DNA of 64,000 nucleotides from Acidimicrobiia bacterium (GTDB taxonomy: Bacteria > Actinomycetota > Acidimicrobiia > Spongiisociales > ZC4RG35), in the NCBI GenBank assembly GCA_965215185.1, contig OZ244034.1:2912001-2976000 (forward strand), written 5' to 3'. The notes under the pieces were generated by a model. The model was not told the origin of the DNA. It did no database searches and worked only from the letters and a program-made list of their open reading frames with translations. Positions 37,766-48,516 of this stretch are shown one piece after another (the stretch's first letter is position 1; each line of letters begins with the position of its first letter). Position numbers and translations under genes: made by a program.

Positions 37766-39640
37766 ATGATGGTTGATAACCCCCCCATGGTTACCTTTTT
37801 GCGCACCCGCCCGGCGGAGTCGGCCACCAGCGCGGTAGCCGAAGCACGTTGTCGGGAGGGGACAACCACCCTGGAGATGGATTTTCCGTCCATCGCCGAT
37901 CTGCGGGCCGCCCACAAAGCGGGAATGTTGATCGCCGCCCGGGAATCGGACCCATCGGAAGCGGCTCGGATTGTTGATCCCGCCGAGGCGGTGGCCCTGG
38001 CCAAATCGAAGACGCCCGGGTGGCTGGTCACGGTGCTCAACATCGGGGCTGGGGAGATGGTGCTGGATGGTCTGGCCCGAAGCCAAGCAGCCTTTCTGCG
38101 GACCGCCCGAAGCGAAGTGAAGGCCGCAGTGGCTTTGTGCCATCTACCCGGGGTGGAGGCGGTGGTATCGGTCTTTGTGGACACCGTGGACCAGGCGCTG
38201 GAGGCGGCATCCGAGGGGGCGGGAGATTTGTTGCTCAGGGACTGGGACGCCGAGCGGATCGGGGAACTGCGCCGGAGATTGGCGCCCCGTCCGCTGGTGG
38301 AGCGGACCGCGCTGCCGCCCGGCCTGGAAATTGACACTGTTCGCCAGACCCTTTCCAAGAGCGCATTCCGGGCATGGCTCCAGCAGATCGATGCTTCCGG
38401 TGCAGCCCGCCCCCGTTATGCGTGGGCGCCCGGTCGCGCCGAAGCGGCACCGGTGCTCTCCCACCGGTTCTCCGCGCAGTGGCCCGACTCCCTGTGGGTG
38501 GCGGGGGAGGGTCCGCCTGACTTGGAGGGGGCCGGGGAGCTTCGGCCTATCTTGGAACGCTCTCTCGCCGGATCGCCTCCCACCGTGTTGGAGACAGAGG
38601 CCCTGTTCGGGGCTAGGGGTGATCAGGTGGAGGCCGTGGCGTGGACGGCCGATCAACTCCGTCGGCGGACAGTCGGGGATTTGGTCACCTACGTGATCAA
38701 CAGGAACATCAACTACACCAACCTCTGCTATTTCCGGTGTGGCTTCTGCGCCTTTTCCAAGGGACCCCGAAGTCTCAACCTGCGGGGAGATCCCTACCTG
38801 ATGTCGATCGCTGACATAGTGCAAAGGGCCCGGGAGGCTTGGGACCGGGGGGCCACCGAGGTGACCCTCCAAGGGGGAATCCACCCTGAGTTCACCGGGG
38901 ACTTCTATGTGGCGGTAACTGAGGCCATCAAGGCGGAACTGCCCCGGATGCATATTCACGGCTTCACTCCTTTGGAGGTCTGGCAGGGTGCGGAGACCCT
39001 GGGAGTGCCCGTCAGGGACTTCCTGGTCCGTCTGAAGGAAGCCGGTCTGGGCACTTTGCCGGGCACCGCCGCCGAGATTCTGGACGATGATGTCCGGCGT
39101 TTCCTTTGTCCGGACAAGATATGTACCTCACAGTGGGCCCAAGTGATGCTGATCGCCCACGAGTTGGGGCTCAAGTCCACCGCCACCATCATGTTCGGAC
39201 ACATAGACCATCACCGCTCCTGGGCAAAGCATCTGGATGTGGTCCGGCAGATACAGAGACAAACCGGGGGGTTCACGGAGTTGGTGCCGCTTTCTTTCGT
39301 TCACATGGGTGCCCCTATTTGGCTGAACGGCAAGGCGCGTCCGGGGCCTACCTGGGACGAAGTAGTGCTGATCCATGCCGTGGGACGGATCGCCCTGGAC
39401 GGGCTGGTGCCCAATATTCAGGCGTCGTGGGTGAAACTGGGCCTGGACGGAGCCGGGCGTCTTCTGGAGGCGGGCTGCAACGACCTGGGTGGCACCCTGA
39501 TGGGAGAGATCATCACCCGCTCGGCCGGTGCCTCCCACGGACAGGAAGTGACTCCGGGCGACTTCGAGAGAACCATAACCGCTATGAACCGGCAGGTTGG
39601 TCGACGCGACACCGAATACCGTCTATTCCAATCCGCCTAG
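37766..39640 (+). CDS. cofH: FO synthase subunit CofH with a ~255-aa N-terminal degenerate CofG-like domain
   Basis: VTYVINRNINYTN, CYFRCGFC, PGTAAEIL, NIQASWVK, NDLGGTLM. Confidence 0.9.
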   Translation: MMVDNPPMVTFLRTRPAESATSAVAEARCREGTTTLEMDFPSIADLRAAHKAGMLIAARESDPSEAARIVDPAEAVALAKSKTPGWLVTVLNIGAGEMVLDGLARSQAAFLRTARSEVKAAVALCHLPGVEAVVSVFVDTVDQALEAASEGAGDLLLRDWDAERIGELRRRLAPRPLVERTALPPGLEIDTVRQTLSKSAFRAWLQQIDASGAARPRYAWAPGRAEAAPVLSHRFSAQWPDSLWVAGEGPPDLEGAGELRPILERSLAGSPPTVLETEALFGARGDQVEAVAWTADQLRRRTVGDLVTYVINRNINYTNLCYFRCGFCAFSKGPRSLNLRGDPYLMSIADIVQRAREAWDRGATEVTLQGGIHPEFTGDFYVAVTEAIKAELPRMHIHGFTPLEVWQGAETLGVPVRDFLVRLKEAGLGTLPGTAAEILDDDVRRFLCPDKICTSQWAQVMLIAHELGLKSTATIMFGHIDHHRSWAKHLDVVRQIQRQTGGFTELVPLSFVHMGAPIWLNGKARPGPTWDEVVLIHAVGRIALDGLVPNIQASWVKLGLDGAGRLLEAGCNDLGGTLMGEIITRSAGASHGQEVTPGDFERTITAMNRQVGRRDTEYRLFQSA

Positions 39641-39649
39641 TAGGAAACT

Positions 39650-40198
39650 ATGGCAACCTACTACGAATCCATCCCGAAGCATCTGGCGCCATGGATAGAG
39701 GCTCAGCCCATGTTCTTCGTGGCCACGGCCCCCTCGGGTGATGCCGGGCACATCAACCTTTCCCCCAAGGGACTGGATACTTTCCGGATCGTCGATTCGC
39801 AGACCGTTGCCTATCTCGACCTGGTGGGAAGCGGTGCGGAAACCATCGCTCATCTGCGTCAGAACCGAAGGATCGTGGTGATGTTCTGCGGTTTCGACCA
39901 GCCCCGGCGGATTCTGAGAATCTGGGGAGAGGGCGAGGCGCTCTATCCGGGGATGTCCGAGCATTCCAAGCGGGCGGAGAGCTTTCCCGAAATCCCCGGT
40001 TCCCGTTCCATCGTCAGGGTGGCTATCCAGAAGGTGGGAACCTCCTGCGGAGGCGGGGTGCCGTTTATGGAAGTGGTCGCCCAGCGGGACTATTTGCCCA
40101 ACTGGGCGGAAAAAAAGGGCCCTGATGCAATGTGGGAGTACCAGATGAAGAACAACGAGTGCAGTCTGGACGGTCTGCCCGCCATGGACTTTTCGTAG
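39650..40198 (+). CDS. Pyridoxamine 5'-phosphate oxidase-related flavin-binding protein
   Basis: FFVATAP, NLSPKG, YLDLVGSGAETIAH, TSCG…VP, SLDGLP. Confidence 0.85.
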   Translation: MATYYESIPKHLAPWIEAQPMFFVATAPSGDAGHINLSPKGLDTFRIVDSQTVAYLDLVGSGAETIAHLRQNRRIVVMFCGFDQPRRILRIWGEGEALYPGMSEHSKRAESFPEIPGSRSIVRVAIQKVGTSCGGGVPFMEVVAQRDYLPNWAEKKGPDAMWEYQMKNNECSLDGLPAMDFS

Positions 40199-40360
40199 CC
40201 TGGCCCCTCACTAACTTCAACTTCCAGATCCTTGTTTGACCCTCGGGTGAGGTGTCTCCCACTGGGATCAGATCCGCTGACTCTTGCGGACCGAGAAGCC
40301 AGTTGGATGGGATGTGCCGGTCGGGATCTCCTTGGGGTAACCAGCATGCAGGACGGTGGA

Positions 40361-41212
40361 TCAACCGACGTAGCGTATTGCGGTTTCTCCGAGTCGTTTG
40401 GCCATCACTGAGATGGCTTGTGGGTTGTTGTCGATCATCACGAAGCGACGTTTGAGTTGCTGCGCCACGGCGCCGGTGGTTCCCGACCCGGCGAAGAAGT
40501 CCAGCACTCGGTCTCCTTCCTGAGATGAAGCGGTGACGATTCTTCGCAGGATGCCTTCTGGCTTCTGGGTCGCATAGCCGGTTTTTTCTCTCCCATTGGT
40601 GGAGACGATGGTGTGCCACCACACATCGGTGGGGAGCTTTCCCCTTGCTGCCTTTTTCTTCGAGACCAGGCCCGGGGCCATGTACGGGATCCTTTCAATG
40701 GCGCCTTGATCGAAAAAATACCTATCCGGGTGCTTGACGTACACCAGGATGGTGTCATGCTTGGCCGGCCACCTTCTCTTGGACCGGCCTCCGAAATCGT
40801 ATGCCCAGATGATCTCGTTGGTGAAGCACTCCCGGCCAAAGATCTGGTCCAAAAGGACCTTGCAGTAGTGGGCTTCCCGATAGTCGATGTGGAAATAGAA
40901 GGTGCCGTCCTCGGTGAGTAGCCGATGAGCCTGTTCGAGGCGCGGTGTTATGAAATCAAGGTAATCGTCGAAGACATCCGCAAACGAGGTTGAGCCCAAG
41001 CGGACCGTGCGATAACGCTTGTCTTGAAACCCGAGCCGATCGCCATTTTCGTTGCGGACCGTTTTCAGGGTTTCCTTTCGTCTGAGCTTCCCACTGTTGA
41101 AGGGCGGATCAATGTAGATCAGGCGAAATGATTCGTCGGGTAGCCGAGGCAGGATATCTGCGTTGTCGGCGCAGATCACCCAATTGGCGTGGTTTTCCAG
41201 ATCAATGGCCAA
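40361..41212 (-). CDS. Orphan N6-A/N4-C DNA methyltransferase (beta class)
   Basis: Catalytic DPPF precedes TQKP and the SAM-binding DFFAGSGT; TTG start at 41212 is inferred. Confidence 0.88.
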   Translation of the reverse strand: MAIDLENHANWVICADNADILPRLPDESFRLIYIDPPFNSGKLRRKETLKTVRNENGDRLGFQDKRYRTVRLGSTSFADVFDDYLDFITPRLEQAHRLLTEDGTFYFHIDYREAHYCKVLLDQIFGRECFTNEIIWAYDFGGRSKRRWPAKHDTILVYVKHPDRYFFDQGAIERIPYMAPGLVSKKKAARGKLPTDVWWHTIVSTNGREKTGYATQKPEGILRRIVTASSQEGDRVLDFFAGSGTTGAVAQQLKRRFVMIDNNPQAISVMAKRLGETAIRYVG

Positions 41213-41682
41213 GTCAGCAATAATGACCCGACAATAGGAGGGGTGAGTAACGCAACACAGCATCTGGGAGATGAGCATGTCCGCGGTTTTGGATGTGGTG
41301 AGTGAAAGCGTGGGGATAAGCGTCTGATTCGACCAAAGGCCCGCTGCCCTGACAGGCGTAAAGGCCGCGAAAAAAACACTAGGCCAGGTGATGGACTCTT
41401 GTCCCACGCCGTGTCATATTGGTATGTATCCAAACACCAAAGTGGTCCGATCCGACGTCGCTCGGACCGAGTCAGGGATCATACTCCTCGAAAAACCCCC
41501 AAAGCGGCTAGGTAGGTCGCGTCTTGACCAATGGAGAGGTGGTGGTGGGGGCGGGCCCTTCGGGAGTGGACTGGGCACCGGATGTTCACAGGTTAGGGCG
41601 GACAATCGCCAGGGCGGGTGCGCACAACTAGGCTTTTTAGGGCAATAGCCTCCGTTGGCGCACTTTGTTTTGGTAGGCCACT

Positions 41683-43047
41683 ATGTACCCATCTAGGACC
41701 CTCTTGCTCCGCAATGCCGAGAGATTGGTGACCATGGATGACGCCCACACCGAGATCACCGATGGGGGGCTGTTCGTCAGAGATGGGTGGATAGAGCAAG
41801 TGGGCCCTACCGGGGTCCTTCCCGACACTGCCGATGAGGTGATCGACTGCCGGGGAGCGGTGGTGACGCCCGGGCTGGTGAACACCCACCATCACTTCTA
41901 CCAGACCCTGACCAGAGCTCTGGCGCAGGATGCGGAATTGTTCGAATGGCTGGTGAAACTCTATCCGGTGTGGGCGAAATTGACGCCCGAGCATGTCCGA
42001 GTTTCGACCGCCACCGCCTTGGCGGAGCTGGCGCTGTCCGGATGCACCACCGCTTTTGATCACCATTACCTGTGGCCCAACGGCGCCTCGGTGGATGATC
42101 AGGTGGAGGGCGCCCGGCAAGTCGGTATCCGTTTTCATGTCTCCCGCGGCTCGATGAGCGTGGGTCGTTCTTCGGGGGGACTCCCACCCGACGAAGTGGT
42201 GGAGAGCGAGGATCGAATTCTCGCCGATTCCGCTCAGGTAGTTACGCAGTATCACGACCCCGCTCCAGGAGCCATGACCCAAGTGGTGTTGGCTCCCTGT
42301 TCCCCCTTCTCGGTGAGCCCGGATTTGATGAAGCGATCCGCCGAGTTGGCTCGTGCCTTGGGGGTGCGCCTGCATACTCATCTTGCCGAAACCCTTGACG
42401 AGGAGCGATACTGCCAGGAACTGTTCGGCATGCGGCCTGTGGAATATGCCCAGGAGGTGGGATGGCTGGGTGAGGATGTCTGGTTCGCGCACGCCGTTCA
42501 CGTCTCCGATCGGGATATCGCCGTGATGGCAGACTCTTGTACCGGTGTTGCCCACTGTCCGACCTCGAACATGCGGCTCGGATCAGGTATTGCGCCCCTT
42601 ACCCGATACCTGATGGCCGGGGTGCCGGTGGGCCTGGGGGTGGACGGCTCGGCGTCCAACGACTCCTCACACATGTTGGCCGAGGCTCGTCAGGCGCTGC
42701 TTGCCGCCCGGTTGGTCCGCGCGCTGGAGCGTTCCCATGCGCCGATGCTCAACGCTCGGTCCGCCTTGAGAGTGGCTACCCGGGGAGGAGCACAGGTGCT
42801 GGGTAGAGACGACATCGGTTCCCTGTCGCCCGGCAAGGCCGCTGATATTGCCTGTTTTCGCACCGACGGCTTGGCCATGGCCGGTGCCCACGACCCGGTG
42901 GCCGCCTTGGTGCTCACCGGTCCACACCAGGTGGACCGACTCATAGTCCAAGGCCGGAGTGTGGTGACGGACGGTCTATTGGTTGATATGGAAATGGCAC
43001 CGCATCTGCAGCGCCACCGGAAGCTCGCCCGCCAAATGTTGGACTGA
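41683..43047 (+). CDS. 8-oxoguanine deaminase-like amidohydrolase
   Basis: PGLVNTHHHFYQTLTR, APCSPFS, HTHLAE, HCPTSN, GVDGSASND. Confidence 0.85.
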   Translation: MYPSRTLLLRNAERLVTMDDAHTEITDGGLFVRDGWIEQVGPTGVLPDTADEVIDCRGAVVTPGLVNTHHHFYQTLTRALAQDAELFEWLVKLYPVWAKLTPEHVRVSTATALAELALSGCTTAFDHHYLWPNGASVDDQVEGARQVGIRFHVSRGSMSVGRSSGGLPPDEVVESEDRILADSAQVVTQYHDPAPGAMTQVVLAPCSPFSVSPDLMKRSAELARALGVRLHTHLAETLDEERYCQELFGMRPVEYAQEVGWLGEDVWFAHAVHVSDRDIAVMADSCTGVAHCPTSNMRLGSGIAPLTRYLMAGVPVGLGVDGSASNDSSHMLAEARQALLAARLVRALERSHAPMLNARSALRVATRGGAQVLGRDDIGSLSPGKAADIACFRTDGLAMAGAHDPVAALVLTGPHQVDRLIVQGRSVVTDGLLVDMEMAPHLQRHRKLARQMLD

Positions 43048-43150
43048 TCGATCACATTGGGCAGGTGCCCGACCCCCCTTCTTTACGACCTTTCCCATCA
43101 CTCTTCTTCTGCGGTGTGCAAAGGGCCCTGTGGATCGTGCTTCTCGACCT

Positions 43151-45763
43151 CTACCCGGACTTGGCGGCTTGGCGGCGTTGCCACCTTTCCCACAGTGCCA
43201 GCATGGAGGGCAACACCAGTATCGCAGCCACGAGGGACAGTCCGACGGCATAAACCGTGACCTGACCCATCTGCTGGAAGGGCGTGAGTCTCGAACTGAT
43301 CAGGATCCCGAATCCGGCCATGGTGGTGAAGGCGGACCCTGCCAACGCCCCGCCGGTGTGGCGAGATGTCGAGCGCAGTGCGTCATTGAGGTGCTCGAAG
43401 CGGACCCGATCCTCCCCGAATCGGCGGGCAATGTGGATGGTGTAAGGGACCCCAATTCCTATCGACAGGGCGGACAGGGTGGCGGTCACCGGTCCGATAG
43501 GAATGCCGGTGGCGAACATCAATCCATAGGTCCAGAACACCACCAAGGCGACGGGGGTCATGGTGATCACACCTAGGAGCGGGCGGCGGTTCTCGAACCA
43601 GAAGCTGATCATCAGCACCAGGGTGGCGATGACCAGGGTAAAGAGCAGCGATCTTGTTTGTGAGTCCGCCAACTCTATGACGATCAAATTGGTGATAATC
43701 CCGGTGGAAGTTGCTATCACGCTGATCCCCAAGTCAGAAAGCTCCGAGAAGTTCTCCAACAGGTCCTCCCGTAGTTGTATCGCCCCGGTCTCCCCGGCCT
43801 GGGTGCCAATGTCGAAGAGCAAGGCGTCGTAACCCGACCCGCCTCGGTGGAGAACTCTCCCCGCCTGCCCCGGGGCCGAAACCAACATGGTGTCCCACAG
43901 CGCGGTGATGTCAGAGTCGGGGGCAACTCGCAGATCCACACCCAGATTGGCGGCTTGGGCGGCGGAGGCGACAGCCTCGTCAGGCGGACCCGGGGGACCG
44001 CCCCTATTGAGGGAGTTGAGCACCGAGATCGGAGAGGTGGCCGAGGGGGTCTTCCCGAACGGTGTCTCGAAAATCACCACGTTCTCCACCTCCGCCAGTC
44101 CCATGTTGGCAGAGACCAAAGCGTTGTGAACCTCTGGAGACGAAAGGTTCTCTCCCTCGATCAAGACTTGGGTGGATTCCCCTAAGCCTCCTCCAAATTC
44201 GTCCTGCAGGATTTGCAGTGACCGGACTCCGGGGGCATCGCTGGGCAGGAAGTCGGTGAACGAGAACCTCACCTCTAACTGGCTCAATCCCCACACTCCC
44301 ATGCCTCCCAACATCACGGCGACCAGCACCACAAAAACCGGGACCTTCTCCGCCAGCACCGAAGTGCTGGCTATCACACGGGGAAGCAGGCGGTTTGAGG
44401 AAGCCTTCATGCCCGCTGTGGGCAGGGGGCGCTTGGGTTCGAGCTGGCGGTCCACCTTCCTGGCCAGGATCAATACCCGCAGCAAGCCCCAAGACAGCTT
44501 GCCTCCCTTTTCGGTTCTTTGATCCAGGAGCTTCCTCGCGGCCGGGAAGAACGTGAGTGTCAGGATGAAAGAGACGATTATTCCAATGGCCGCCAGCAGT
44601 CCGAAGTCTTTCAAAGCCGGCACCGGACTCAGAAGATTGGTGAGAAAACCGATGGCGGTGGTGACGGTAGCCAGCGCCAGTGCTACTCCCACGGTGCCGA
44701 TGGCGGTGCGAACTGCGCCGTCCACATCCTGCCCGCGGCCTATCTCCTCGCGATAGCGGGAGGTGATATGGATTCCATAGTCCACGCCTAATCCGATCAG
44801 AAGGATGGGAATGATCTGGGTTATGTTGTTGAACGAGGCGATGACTCCGGCTCGCAGCAGCAGCACCCCTATGCCCTGCATGAAGGCGATGGCGGCGAAT
44901 ATGGTGAAGAGAGTCAGGAGGGTGTCGGCCAGAGTGCGGCGCCCCGACTGGACCAAGGCGCCCTTCCCGGCCGGTTTGAGCCAGTAGACGAAACCGAGAA
45001 TGACAAAAATGATCAGCGCGGCCATTCCGAAGAGTCGTCCGATCTCGCTGCTGCCATCTTCGGCGCCCTCGAACAGCAGATTGAAGCTGAACGGAATGAT
45101 TTCCAGCCCGTCTGGAGTCGGTATGGCGCGCAAAGCCTCCGCCACCTCCGAGTCGTTTTCTATGGCCCGATCGAATCCCTCTTCGTCATCTCCTGCCGGC
45201 GAGTTGGTGAACACCAGCACCAAGCCCGCTTGGGCCTTGGCCGAGAATACGTTGCCGTCCTTGCTGATCAAGGAGGTGAACTGTGGGTTCGCTTCCGGTC
45301 CCGTCATTGCCTTGATGTAAAGGTTCTTCACGTCTGCATCGCTGGCCACCGAAACACCATCCCTGGCTGCCCGGGCTATTGCCGGGTCGAGGTAACTGAA
45401 CGAAGCGCCTCGTCCCGGTATGGAGGAAAGGTTGTCAGAGAGGGTCTCGCTTGCCAGGGCGGCGTTAATGGCCGTCACCGCTTCGTAGGCTTCCTTGGTG
45501 AAGACATCACCTCCTTCGTTGCGAACTATCACCTGAAGGACGCCCTCCTGGGAATCCTGACCAAACAGATCCCTGATTCTGTCGGCGGCCAGCAACTCTT
45601 TGTTGTCAGGCGAGAAGCCTTCATTGCCCTGGGCTGTCTCGGCCTGGGTGGCCAGGGAACCGAATATCCCGAAAAGGACCAGGGTGATCAACACCACCGG
45701 CCAAGGTGCCTTGGACACGATGAACTGGAACACTTTGACTATGGCTTTCATTTGGGGTCTCAA
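43151..45763 (-). CDS. MMPL/RND-family transporter
   Basis: Two homologous halves with GLGVDYGIH and GIGVPYTIH, TTAIGF/TTMAGF, and about 12 transmembrane segments. Confidence 0.88.
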   Translation of the reverse strand: MRPQMKAIVKVFQFIVSKAPWPVVLITLVLFGIFGSLATQAETAQGNEGFSPDNKELLAADRIRDLFGQDSQEGVLQVIVRNEGGDVFTKEAYEAVTAINAALASETLSDNLSSIPGRGASFSYLDPAIARAARDGVSVASDADVKNLYIKAMTGPEANPQFTSLISKDGNVFSAKAQAGLVLVFTNSPAGDDEEGFDRAIENDSEVAEALRAIPTPDGLEIIPFSFNLLFEGAEDGSSEIGRLFGMAALIIFVILGFVYWLKPAGKGALVQSGRRTLADTLLTLFTIFAAIAFMQGIGVLLLRAGVIASFNNITQIIPILLIGLGVDYGIHITSRYREEIGRGQDVDGAVRTAIGTVGVALALATVTTAIGFLTNLLSPVPALKDFGLLAAIGIIVSFILTLTFFPAARKLLDQRTEKGGKLSWGLLRVLILARKVDRQLEPKRPLPTAGMKASSNRLLPRVIASTSVLAEKVPVFVVLVAVMLGGMGVWGLSQLEVRFSFTDFLPSDAPGVRSLQILQDEFGGGLGESTQVLIEGENLSSPEVHNALVSANMGLAEVENVVIFETPFGKTPSATSPISVLNSLNRGGPPGPPDEAVASAAQAANLGVDLRVAPDSDITALWDTMLVSAPGQAGRVLHRGGSGYDALLFDIGTQAGETGAIQLREDLLENFSELSDLGISVIATSTGIITNLIVIELADSQTRSLLFTLVIATLVLMISFWFENRRPLLGVITMTPVALVVFWTYGLMFATGIPIGPVTATLSALSIGIGVPYTIHIARRFGEDRVRFEHLNDALRSTSRHTGGALAGSAFTTMAGFGILISSRLTPFQQMGQVTVYAVGLSLVAAILVLPSMLALWERWQRRQAAKSG

Positions 45764-46010
45764 CTCCTTCCGGCAACCCGGCGCCGGTAATTCCTGGCCT
45801 CACTCAGAAATGCTATTTCTTTTGTCAGTCCTATAAGGAATCGGTTTCCGGTGCTCTGCCCAAGCTGACTCAGGGTTCTTGACCCTCCAGCCCTATCGGT
45901 GATAACCTAGGGGGCTAAAGGGATACCTTGAGGAGCCTTTTGCAAGCCCTACAACCTCTGTCGCTTCGGGATGTCGGTATTTTCTTTGGGTGTTTCCAGT
46001 GAAGGGGGGT

Positions 46011-47225
46011 ATGGCCACGACGGTGACTGCTACCCTCGCTAACTCCCAGAGTCAACTGTTCGATTCTTTCCACGAAACCGAACCCGGGAACGAAATTCAC
46101 CCTGAGATCCAGGACTCTCCGCCCTTGGAGGAGGTTCAGGACGCTCCGGACGTCGCCCAGTACAACGAGAGCGGATATATTGAGGTGGATCCGGCTGGAT
46201 TTGTGGATTCGTACCGTCCCCTGGCTATCAACGGCAACTTTCGAGGCAAACACATCGTCACGGTCGAGCAATTCGCCCGAGATGACCTAAAGATCCTTTT
46301 CGAGGCGGCTTCCACCTTGAAGAAACGGATCCGGTCCGAAGACAGGGGGGTGGTGGAGATCGCCACCGGCCAGGTGCTGGCGTTGCTGTTTTTCGAGTCC
46401 AGCACCCGGACCGACATGTCTTTTCAGGCCGCCATGCTCCGGTTGGGCGGCAAGGTGATCGGCGCCTCCAATGGCATCCAGTTTTCTTCCGTGTACAAGG
46501 GGGAAGACCTTCCCGACACTGTTAGAGCGGCGGGATGCTACGCAGACGTAATCGCTCTGCGGCACCCGCGGGTGGGGGCGTCCTATCTCGCCGCCCAATA
46601 CTTGGATTTGCTGGCCGAGAAGATCGGCCGACGGTCGGTGGTGATCAGCGCCGGAGATGGAGTCGGGGAACACCCAACTCAGGCGCTCTTGGACCTGTTC
46701 ACGATTCTGGAATCCAAGGGAACGGTCGACGGGTTAGCCATCACCATGGTGGGGGATCTGAAGCATGGCCGAACCGTTCACTCTCTGGCCAAGTTGCTGG
46801 CCACCTACGGGGCCAGGGAGGCGAAGGTTAATTTCGTCTCGCCCCAATCACTGACGATGCCGACCGTCATAGTCCAGCGTTTGAAGGAAGCGAACATATC
46901 GGTGACGGAAACCGGCAGCCTGGATGAAGTGTTGGGCGCATCGGATGTGATCTACTGGACCAGGGTTCAGGAGGAGCGATTCGCCGATCAATCCGGGTAT
47001 GACGAGGTCAAGGCAGGTTTCATAATGACCCCCGGCGTCATGGATAGAGCCCGCAAGGACACCATTTTGATGCACCCTCTGCCTCGCAAGCATGAGATGG
47101 GGGGACCCAGCGACCACGATTTGTTGGATGCTGACCCCCGCTCGGTCTATTTCCAGCAGATGGAGAATGGAATGCTGGTGCGGATGGCCCTGTTAGCCAA
47201 GCTCCTGAAGGGGGTTCACATATAG
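46011..47225 (+). CDS. pyrB: Aspartate carbamoyltransferase catalytic chain with N-terminal extension
   Basis: ESSTRT, HPTQALLD, GDLKHGRTVHS, RVQEER, HPLPR. Confidence 0.93.
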   Translation: MATTVTATLANSQSQLFDSFHETEPGNEIHPEIQDSPPLEEVQDAPDVAQYNESGYIEVDPAGFVDSYRPLAINGNFRGKHIVTVEQFARDDLKILFEAASTLKKRIRSEDRGVVEIATGQVLALLFFESSTRTDMSFQAAMLRLGGKVIGASNGIQFSSVYKGEDLPDTVRAAGCYADVIALRHPRVGASYLAAQYLDLLAEKIGRRSVVISAGDGVGEHPTQALLDLFTILESKGTVDGLAITMVGDLKHGRTVHSLAKLLATYGAREAKVNFVSPQSLTMPTVIVQRLKEANISVTETGSLDEVLGASDVIYWTRVQEERFADQSGYDEVKAGFIMTPGVMDRARKDTILMHPLPRKHEMGGPSDHDLLDADPRSVYFQQMENGMLVRMALLAKLLKGVHI

Positions 47226-47302
47226 CGCTGCGCCAAGTTGGCCAGAGCGGGCTGACGGCGGCGTGGGAGTGGCTTGGGAAACGGATGGGAACCGGGGGAT
47301 AA

Positions 47303-48509
47303 CATGGGAACGGTGGTTACCGAATTCCTCCTTCCCGACATCGGCGATGGGCTAACCGAAGCCGAAGTGGTGCGATGGTTGGTGCAGGAGGGCGCCCAGG
47401 TTGCCAGGGACGAGCCGTTGGTGGAGGTGGAGACCGACAAGGCGGTGGTGGTGATACCATCCCCGGTGGCGGGGACCGTTCTCCATCACGGGGCGGAGCA
47501 GGGTGAAACCATGGCGGTGGGTGGGGTGTTGGCGGTTATCGTATCACCTGAGGATGGCCCCTCCAATCCCGTTCCATCCCGGGGCGCTCGGCCTGAAGAG
47601 GCCAGCCCGCCAGGCGATTCTCAACCTGCGGTGACTCAAGAGGAGTCCGCGGCGGTGAAGGCTTTGCCGGTGGTCCGTCGCCTCGCCCGGCAGCAGGGGG
47701 TTGATTTGGCGGCCGTATCAGGTTCCGGCCCGGAGGGTCGGATTACCCGGGAGGATGTCTTGGCCGCAGCCCGCCCGAGGAGAACCCCGCCATCTGTCGA
47801 GCAACCACCCGCATCCCCACCGGCGACCGAGGGCGATGAGCGCCGGCCACTCACCAGACTGCAAAGGACCATCGCCGCCAATATGAGACGTTCGTGGTCG
47901 GAGATTCCGCACGTGACCACCTTCGACGAGGTGGACGCCACCCGGCTGCTGGGGGTTCGTAAGGCTTTGGTCGAGCGGCACGGTTCGCCCATGGCGGTCG
48001 ATGCCATGGTTATAGCAGCGGTCATCCCGGCTCTCCGCCGCTATCCCGAGTTCAACTCCACCCTGGACGGGGACTTCCTGTCGGTTCACGCCGCATGTCA
48101 CATCGGAGTGGCAATCAACGCTCCGGATGGCCTGCTGGTGGGGGTGGTGCGCGATGCGGAACAAATGTCGATCATGCAATTGGCGGTCGCCACCGCCGGA
48201 CTGGCGGAACGGGGTAAGGCCCGTACTCTCGGTGTGAGCGAACTCACCGGCCAGACTTTCACAGTCAGCAACATCGGCGCGCTGGGGGGTAGCTTCGGCA
48301 CTCCCATAATCCCACCGGACAACACCGCCGTACTGGCGGTGGGAAAAGTCACCGACCGACCGCGGGTGAAAGGTGGAGAGGTGGTGGTGAGACCGATGAT
48401 GCCTCTCTCACTCTCTTTTGATCACCGGGTAATCGATGGGGCGTTGAGCCGACGCTTCATGGATATGGTGATCGAGAATCTTTCGGAACCGGCTCTTTTC
48501 CTAGCCTGA
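47303..48509 (+). CDS. 2-oxoacid dehydrogenase E2 (dihydrolipoamide acyltransferase)
   Basis: Lipoyl VETDKA, E3-binding GSGPEGRI, catalytic DHRVIDG. Confidence 0.93.
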
Positions 48510-48516
48510 GGAGATC

